This document shows positions 23,757-28,804 of a stretch of DNA of 28,804 nt, in pieces. Below the pieces are notes generated by a model, which was not told the DNA's origin, ran no database searches, and worked only from the letters and a program-made list of their open reading frames with translations. Location: IMG/VR virus record IMGVR_UViG_3300049444_000130; one strand, written 5' to 3'. The DNA comes from a virus (Duplodnaviria > Heunggongvirae > Uroviricota > Caudoviricetes). The position numbers and the translations under genes are program-made. How positions within the stretch are numbered: the first letter of the stretch is position 1; the number at the start of each line of letters is the position of its first letter.

Positions 23757-25517
23757 ATGTTCAATTATGTCTGGAAAGCCGGCGTGACCAGCAAGAGTGT
23801 GGTGCTGCGGATCATCGATGCCACGGATGGCACCCCGGAAACCGGCGTCGTCTTCAACACGGCCGGCATCGATCTCCAGTATCGGCGGGAAGGCGCGGCC
23901 AGTACGGCCATTACCGAAGCCACCCTGGCGGCCCTCACCACGGCCTGGTCGAGCGGCGGGTTTCTGCATATTGGCAACGGCTACTATCGATGCGATGTCC
24001 CGGATGCGGCCCTGGCGACGGGAGCGGATGGGGTGCTCATCCATGGCATCGTCACAGGCATGGTCGTGATTGGGGCCTACGTGCAGCTCGTAGCGTATGA
24101 TCCCTTTGACACGGTACGCCTGGGGCTGACGGCGCTCCCCAATGCGGCAGCGGAAGCGGCAGGGGGGCTCTATACCCGGGGGACGGGGGCCGGACAGCTC
24201 AACCAACCGGCCAATGGGCGCGTGGATGCGAATGCCATTGCCATGAGCGGGACCACCCTCACGGCCCGGGATATTGGCGCCAGCGTGCTCCTCTCGACCG
24301 GCACGGGCACGGGCCAGCTCGACTTTACCGCGGGCGTGGTCAAGGCGAGCCTGGTCCAGATTCTCGGCACGGCCATTGCCGGCACGGCGGCCCAGATTGC
24401 CGCCGCGTTTACCAAATTCTTCGACAAGGCGACTCCCACCGGCACCATCAATAGTCTCCCGGATGCCGTGGCAGGGGCCACCGGAGGCGTGTTTATCGCC
24501 GGGACCAACGCCGCCACGACCGTCACGACCGCCCTCACGACGACGTTTACGGGCAACCTGACCGGCTCGGTGGGCTCCGTGACGGGTGCGGTCGGGAGTG
24601 TCACCGGCGCGGTGGGCAGTGTCGCCTCGGGGGGGATCACCGCCGCCTCGATTGCCGCCGATGCGATTGGCGCCAGTGAGCTGGCCGCCGATGCCCTGAC
24701 CGAGATTCGCTCCCTGGCCAGTGGGACGTGTGATAGTGGGACCACGACCACGATGGTCGATGCGGCCCGCACGGAAGCGGATACGGATTACTGGGTGGGG
24801 CAACTCCTCGTGCCCACCTCGGGCAATATTACCGGCCAGGCGCGGCTCATCACCGGCTTCAATGCGGCCACAGATACGATCACCTTTACGCCGGCCACCA
24901 CCCAAGCCTGGAGCACCCAGACCTATGAAATCTGGCCGTGCATGGAAGCCCTCCGCCCAACCGTCCCGGGACGCTCGTTGGATGTGAGTGCCACGGGCGA
25001 GGCAGGGGTGGATTGGGCCAATGTGGGCAGCCCGACGACCACGCTAGCCCTCACGGGCACGACGATTTCGACGGCCCAGGTGGCCGCCAGCGTGACGGGC
25101 AACGTCAGCGGCAATGTGACCGGCTCGGTCGGCAGTGTCGTGGGCGCGGTGGGCAGTGTCACCGGGGCCGTGGGGTCGGTGACCGGGGCCGTGGGCAGTG
25201 TCACCGGGAATGTGAGCGGCAACGTCACGGGCTCGGTGGGCAGCTTGGCGGCGCAAGCCAAGGCGGATGTCAAGACCGAGGTGGTCAATGCGTTGACGGT
25301 GGATACCTACACCGAACCAGGGCAGGGGGCGCCGGGGGTCAATGTGTCCCTGAAAGACAAGATTGGCTTTCTGTACAAATTTCTGCGGAACAAAGTCACG
25401 CAGACGAGTACGACGCTGTCAGTCTTTGCCGATGATACCGTAACTGTAGACCAAAAAGCTCCCGTTTCAGATGACGGTACAACGTATACTAGGAGTGAGA
25501 TCACCACCGGCCCCTAG
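23757..25517 (+). CDS. Large T/G/A/V-rich putative virion (fibre-like) protein with repeats
   Basis: 586 aa; two tracts of VTGAVGS / GNVSGNVT repeats. Confidence 0.7.
   Translation: MFNYVWKAGVTSKSVVLRIIDATDGTPETGVVFNTAGIDLQYRREGAASTAITEATLAALTTAWSSGGFLHIGNGYYRCDVPDAALATGADGVLIHGIVTGMVVIGAYVQLVAYDPFDTVRLGLTALPNAAAEAAGGLYTRGTGAGQLNQPANGRVDANAIAMSGTTLTARDIGASVLLSTGTGTGQLDFTAGVVKASLVQILGTAIAGTAAQIAAAFTKFFDKATPTGTINSLPDAVAGATGGVFIAGTNAATTVTTALTTTFTGNLTGSVGSVTGAVGSVTGAVGSVASGGITAASIAADAIGASELAADALTEIRSLASGTCDSGTTTTMVDAARTEADTDYWVGQLLVPTSGNITGQARLITGFNAATDTITFTPATTQAWSTQTYEIWPCMEALRPTVPGRSLDVSATGEAGVDWANVGSPTTTLALTGTTISTAQVAASVTGNVSGNVTGSVGSVVGAVGSVTGAVGSVTGAVGSVTGNVSGNVTGSVGSLAAQAKADVKTEVVNALTVDTYTEPGQGAPGVNVSLKDKIGFLYKFLRNKVTQTSTTLSVFADDTVTVDQKAPVSDDGTTYTRSEITTGP
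24552..24623 (+). repeat. Coding heptad repeat tract 1 (VTGAVGS-like)
   Basis: GNLTGSVGSVTGAVGSVTGAVGSV. Confidence 0.8.
25092..25244 (+). repeat. Coding heptad repeat tract 2
   Basis: VTGNVSGNVTGSVGSVVGAVGSVTGAVGSVTGAVGSVTGNVSGNVTGSVGS. Confidence 0.85.
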
Positions 25518-25534
25518 TAAAACAAGGTGGAGCC

Positions 25535-25729
25535 ATGGCGCTTGACACCGCCCTGAAACGGGCCAGCAGTACCCAGATGCTCCTCTTTTTTCTGGAGCAA
25601 CCGCCCTTGCCGAGTGGGAGCATCACGGTCTTCGTGCGGCAAGCGCTGGCGCATACCTACGCCGGCATTCAGGCGGTCTTCACCGGCACGGGCCGTCTGT
25701 TACTGATGCTCCTGCACCATGAAGGCTAG
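25535..25729 (+). CDS. Small putative virion protein (paralogue A)
   Basis: MALDTALKRAS...RQALAHTYAGI; GGAG RBS. Confidence 0.6.
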   Translation: MALDTALKRASSTQMLLFFLEQPPLPSGSITVFVRQALAHTYAGIQAVFTGTGRLLLMLLHHEG

Positions 25730-25878
25730 GAGGGCCGGGGGGGATGCTGCCGGGACAGGGACCAGAGATGGATGGCGCGATACGCCAGCACCAGCCCGCA
25801 GGCCATGCCGGCGACAAAGGCCAACGCATAGGGCAGGGCGGTGCGCAGCAGATCAACAGACAGGGTCGCTATGGTCAT
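25726..25878 (-). CDS. 50-aa single-TM peptide
   Basis: MTIATLSVDLLRTALPYALAFVAGMACGLVLAY...; AGGAG RBS lies within the inverted repeat caggag-t-ctcctg (25879-25891). Confidence 0.5.
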   Translation of the reverse strand: MTIATLSVDLLRTALPYALAFVAGMACGLVLAYRAIHLWSLSRQHPPRPS

Positions 25879-26041
25879 CAGGAGTCTCCTGCGGGCGTGC
25901 GAGCCCAGCGGTCTCGGCCATCTGGCGCAAGGCGACTTCGAGAACGGCTGTTTGCGAAATGCCCAGGTGCTGCGCGAGACGCCGGCGCAACCGCTGGGCC
26001 GTGGCACTGAGACGCATACTGGTTGGATGTGACCGTTTCAT
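25853..26041 (-). CDS. Ribbon-helix-helix (CopG-like) DNA-binding protein
   Basis: TSMRLSATAQRLRRRLAQHLGISQTAVLEVALRQMA. Confidence 0.7.
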   Translation of the reverse strand: MKRSHPTSMRLSATAQRLRRRLAQHLGISQTAVLEVALRQMAETAGLARPQETPDDHSDPVC

Positions 26042-26048
26042 AGACACG

Positions 26049-26077
26049 AGTGTAGCGCATCATGCGCTACACGTCCA
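26049..26077 (-). promoter_or_regulatory. Promoter overlapped by a perfect 23-bp palindromic operator
   Basis: GTGTAGCGCAT-C-ATGCGCTACAC (26050-26072); TGGACG-N17-TACACT, with ATG 26041 7 nt past the -10. Confidence 0.7.
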
Positions 26078-26091
26078 GGGAAAGGGCACGC

Positions 26092-26391
26092 ATGGCCCTC
26101 GACACTCCCAGTAAACGCCGCTCCTCGGTGGGGCTCCTGCAAGCATGGCAGGCGAATGCCCCCAGTCCCACGGACTCCCCCGGGGTGATTGACCGGGCGG
26201 ATCGGGAGCAGATTGCGTGGACGTACAGCGGCATCCTGGCGGCCCATCCCGTCCCGGTGCCGCACGGCATGCATGCGGTGGGGGATACCCTCACCCAGGG
26301 ACACGCAGGGCAGGATCGGCTGTGGTGGGGGCTGACCAAGGGGTACCGCCTGCGCACGGGGCGCAGTGGGCAGCATCGCCTGGTCGCATGA
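26092..26391 (+). CDS. Small putative virion protein (paralogue B)
   Basis: MALDTPSKRRS...REQIAWTYSGI, similar to 25535-25729. Confidence 0.65.
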   Translation: MALDTPSKRRSSVGLLQAWQANAPSPTDSPGVIDRADREQIAWTYSGILAAHPVPVPHGMHAVGDTLTQGHAGQDRLWWGLTKGYRLRTGRSGQHRLVA

Positions 26392-26401
26392 GGGCACGCA
26401 C

Positions 26402-26794
26402 ATGGCATCGACGGTCATGTTGACACAGGCCCTGCTCGCCGGCACGACGGGCTTTTACAGCTTTGTGCTGACCGATACGAACGATGTGCCCATTGATGCG
26501 AGCCAGACCGAGACGCTGACCCTCACCGTGATTGACCTCGCGACGGGGACGGTCGTCAATGCCCGTGAGGCGCAAGACGTACTGAATACCCACGATGTCA
26601 CGCTGCTCACCAGCACCGGCCCGACGGTCACGACGGTGACCTGGGCCATGCAGCCCGAGGATACCGTGCAGGTCGGAACGCGGCGCGAGGTCGAGCCCCA
26701 TCTGGCGATTTTTGAATGGAGTTGGGACAGCGGGGCGCAACGCCAAGCCCATAAGGTGCAGTTTGGGGTCGAGGCGTTACGTCCCCCCACCTAG
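26402..26794 (+). CDS. Putative virion beta-sandwich protein
   Basis: FVLTDTNDVPID..TLTLTVID; VTWAMQPEDT; alternating beta pattern. Confidence 0.6.
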   Translation: MASTVMLTQALLAGTTGFYSFVLTDTNDVPIDASQTETLTLTVIDLATGTVVNAREAQDVLNTHDVTLLTSTGPTVTTVTWAMQPEDTVQVGTRREVEPHLAIFEWSWDSGAQRQAHKVQFGVEALRPPT

Positions 26795-26804
26795 GAGCAA
26801 CCGG

Positions 26805-27188
26805 ATGCCACGGCGGAGACGGAAGAGACGAGCACGGCGGTGGGGCCTGGGGCTCCTGGTGGGCATGCTCTGGGCAGGGCTGGCCGGCGCAGAATATCGC
26901 CTGGACTGGGACTTTACCCAGGGCAGCACGGCGGTCATCAGCTTTCGTGTCTATCGCCAGGCGAATTGCGCGGGGGATTTTGTGCCCATCGTCGACGTAC
27001 TGGCGGTCGATCAGCCGTCCCGCACCTATTCGTATGTGGACGATGCCATTGTCCCCGACTGGGAATATTGTTGGAAGGTGACGGCGGTCGACGGCCTGGG
27101 GCAGGAAAGCCCGGCGACCAATGTCGTGCGGTTTACGGGCATCGCACCCGTGCCGCAACCGACGAATCTGCGGGGGGCGATGGAGTAA
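26805..27188 (+). CDS. Signal-peptide protein with a fibronectin type III-like domain
   Basis: Basic n-region plus hydrophobic core ending AGA; LDWD...FRVYR...YSYVD...YCWKVTAVD..GQES. Confidence 0.65.
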   Translation: MPRRRRKRRARRWGLGLLVGMLWAGLAGAEYRLDWDFTQGSTAVISFRVYRQANCAGDFVPIVDVLAVDQPSRTYSYVDDAIVPDWEYCWKVTAVDGLGQESPATNVVRFTGIAPVPQPTNLRGAME

Positions 27189-27359
27189 GCAGGACTCCGC
27201 CTGCCACAGGCGGATCGCAGGTCTGAACACACAATCACATATCGGCGTCTTCCTCACCGGCCAGTGAGGCGTGACGTAGCCAGACGGCACAAGGTTGCAA
27301 CCTTCCTTGTGCCGTTTTTTTATGTCCAAGACGCCGATTGCCTCACCAGGGAGCAGGCC

Positions 27360-27545
27360 ATGCCCGATATCCACGTGATTATCAGCGCCGGCGAAGAAGC
27401 CGCGAGCGGCCTGGAGGATAACGAAGTCGTCTACCCCGACGCCACCGCGGAGGAAGGGGACGCGGCCTTGCTCCTCGTGAGCCAAGGCGACCATATCCTG
27501 TCGGAATTTCCCGCAGGACGCTATGTGAGCTGGAGCAGCGTGTAA
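27360..27545 (+). CDS. Small acidic hypothetical protein
   Basis: GGAG RBS; 61 aa. Confidence 0.5.
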   Translation: MPDIHVIISAGEEAASGLEDNEVVYPDATAEEGDAALLLVSQGDHILSEFPAGRYVSWSSV

Positions 27546-27616
27546 CGCATGGCGTCGTGCCATGACCGGGAAGGGAGGTCCGTACGCCACCACAAAAAGT
27601 ATTTCTAAGGCGAGTA

Positions 27617-28672
27617 ATGATGTCTGTCGGTGACGCGGAGGCCACCTATGGCGCCGGCCCTGCGCTCTGGACCTTTCCTGCAACCTCATCGTTTACGCAG
27701 TACGACGAAGCGAGCATCCAGCAGTGGGATGACATGATCGCCGACGATGCCGACCTCATTACGGGGTTTGAAGGCATCACCCAGCAAGAGATCGCCCGGC
27801 AGTCCGTCCGGTTTACCTATACCGAGACGCGCACCAAACCCCATACGCTGGCGTCGATGCTCGGGCTCACGCTTGGGACGATTGTCGGCACGCAAGACGG
27901 CGCCCTCGCGGCCTACCGCCAGAAAGCCACGCCCGGCTCCTCCCTGGCCTTGCCCAGTATTGGGGTGCAAGCCCTGCATGATGGCGGGGTCCAATATAAG
28001 TATACGGGGGTGAAGGCGGACAGTTGCGAGCTGTCGATGACCCAGGCCGAGCCCTATCTGCGCTCCTCGACCGTCCTCATTGGCTCGGGCAGCCGGGTGA
28101 TCGCCGCCGATGCCTTTCCGGTGTCCGTGACCGAGAACTGGCTGCGCATGGGGAATGCCAAGCTGTACCTCAAAGACACCGCTGGCACGCCCATCACCAT
28201 TCCGCCCACGCCTTCGCAGACCGTCGCGAACCTGGGCGGCAGTGAAGTGGATATTTCCTCCCGCGTGCTCGGGTGGACGCTGCGCTGGCAGAACAACCTG
28301 GTCCCGGACTTTGGCTACCGGCCTGGTGGCGGCGACGTCCGTACCAGTCTGCATCCCACGCGGCGCAGTGCCACGATCTCGATCCGGCTCCAGGTCGATT
28401 CGACCGATGAGGCGACGTACCTGGCGTACTACACCGCGCAAAATCGATTAGCCCTCGAACTCAATCTCAAGATGACGACGCTCCTGGCGGTCGGGGGGGC
28501 CATGTTCCCAGGGCTCATTGTGCTGATCCCCCGGGTGCAGTTTCGCCCGTTTACGCGCGCCCAAACGAATCAATTGGAAGACCTCCAGCTGGAAGCCACG
28601 GTGTTTGACGATAAGACGAATCCGATGATGGCCGCGTTCATCTATGGCACGCAAGCGGTCTATTTGGCGTAG
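27617..28672 (+). CDS. Major tail tube protein (true start may be ACG at 27584)
   Basis: 351 aa; SIGVQA...YTGVKADSCELS and RRSATISIRL patterns typical of tail tubes; followed by a chaperone-like gene. Confidence 0.72.
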   Translation: MMSVGDAEATYGAGPALWTFPATSSFTQYDEASIQQWDDMIADDADLITGFEGITQQEIARQSVRFTYTETRTKPHTLASMLGLTLGTIVGTQDGALAAYRQKATPGSSLALPSIGVQALHDGGVQYKYTGVKADSCELSMTQAEPYLRSSTVLIGSGSRVIAADAFPVSVTENWLRMGNAKLYLKDTAGTPITIPPTPSQTVANLGGSEVDISSRVLGWTLRWQNNLVPDFGYRPGGGDVRTSLHPTRRSATISIRLQVDSTDEATYLAYYTAQNRLALELNLKMTTLLAVGGAMFPGLIVLIPRVQFRPFTRAQTNQLEDLQLEATVFDDKTNPMMAAFIYGTQAVYLA

Positions 28673-28680
28673 GAGGCCAT

Positions 28681-28804
28681 GTGGCAAGTACGCTTGACGA
28701 GTTTTTCCAGTACCTGCATACCGAACTGACCCTGCCCGTGTCTCGCCTGACTGTCGTCATACGAAAACCGGATCTCATGAGTCTCGTTGGCTTGGGTGAG
28801 TTGC
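28681..28804 (+). CDS. Putative tail assembly chaperone, 3' truncated
   Basis: TAGGAGG then GTG; MASTLDEFFQYLHTELTLPVSRLTVVIRKPDLMSLVGLGEL; position after the tube. Confidence 0.5.
   Translation, partial: MASTLDEFFQYLHTELTLPVSRLTVVIRKPDLMSLVGLGEL

Larger units (their letters stand above)
4833..28804 (+). mobile_element. Tailed phage/prophage packaging-head-tail module (continues beyond window)
   Basis: Colinear terminase, portal, protease, capsid, head-tail joining, tail terminator and tail tube genes. Confidence 0.93.

Noticed and set aside
28679-28729. ATG-initiated 16-codon ORF after the tail tube
   Set aside because: The adjacent GTG frame at 28681 stays open and reads as a plausible chaperone.
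1-28804. tRNA, rRNA, IS transposase or reverse transcriptase genes
   Set aside because: No recognisable motifs found by eye; a tRNAscan/Infernal run would be needed to exclude them formally.

Overview
GC-rich window with two parts. Bases 1-~3400 look like the end of a conjugative element: a 5'-truncated TraD/VirD4-type coupling protein, a membrane-anchored hypothetical, and a minus-strand tyrosine recombinase flanked by hairpin-rich non-coding DNA. From ~4800 to the end is the packaging, head and tail module of a tailed (siphovirus-like) phage or prophage: ParB-MTase fusion, TerS-like protein, TerL, glycosyltransferase, hexapeptide acyltransferase, gpF-like minor head protein, portal, DUF2213-type protease/scaffold, decoration protein, capsid, head-tail joining genes, a ~5.7 kb accessory block including an ECF-sigma-like gene, tail tube and the start of a chaperone. 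The standout is the TerL intein (7180-8083). Its HNH endonuclease is encoded on the opposite strand, and the codons of the intein C-terminal splicing motif also spell that gene's consensus extended -10, Shine-Dalgarno and start codon. One indel near 7634 breaks both overlapping frames. Three further free-standing HNH genes are also antisense, each under a long open sense-strand frame. Other candidates are a ~400 nt structured leader with three covarying hairpins upstream of the recombinase and a promoter-leader-terminator unit before the portal. All family calls come from motif recognition, not database searches; host taxonomy was not determined.
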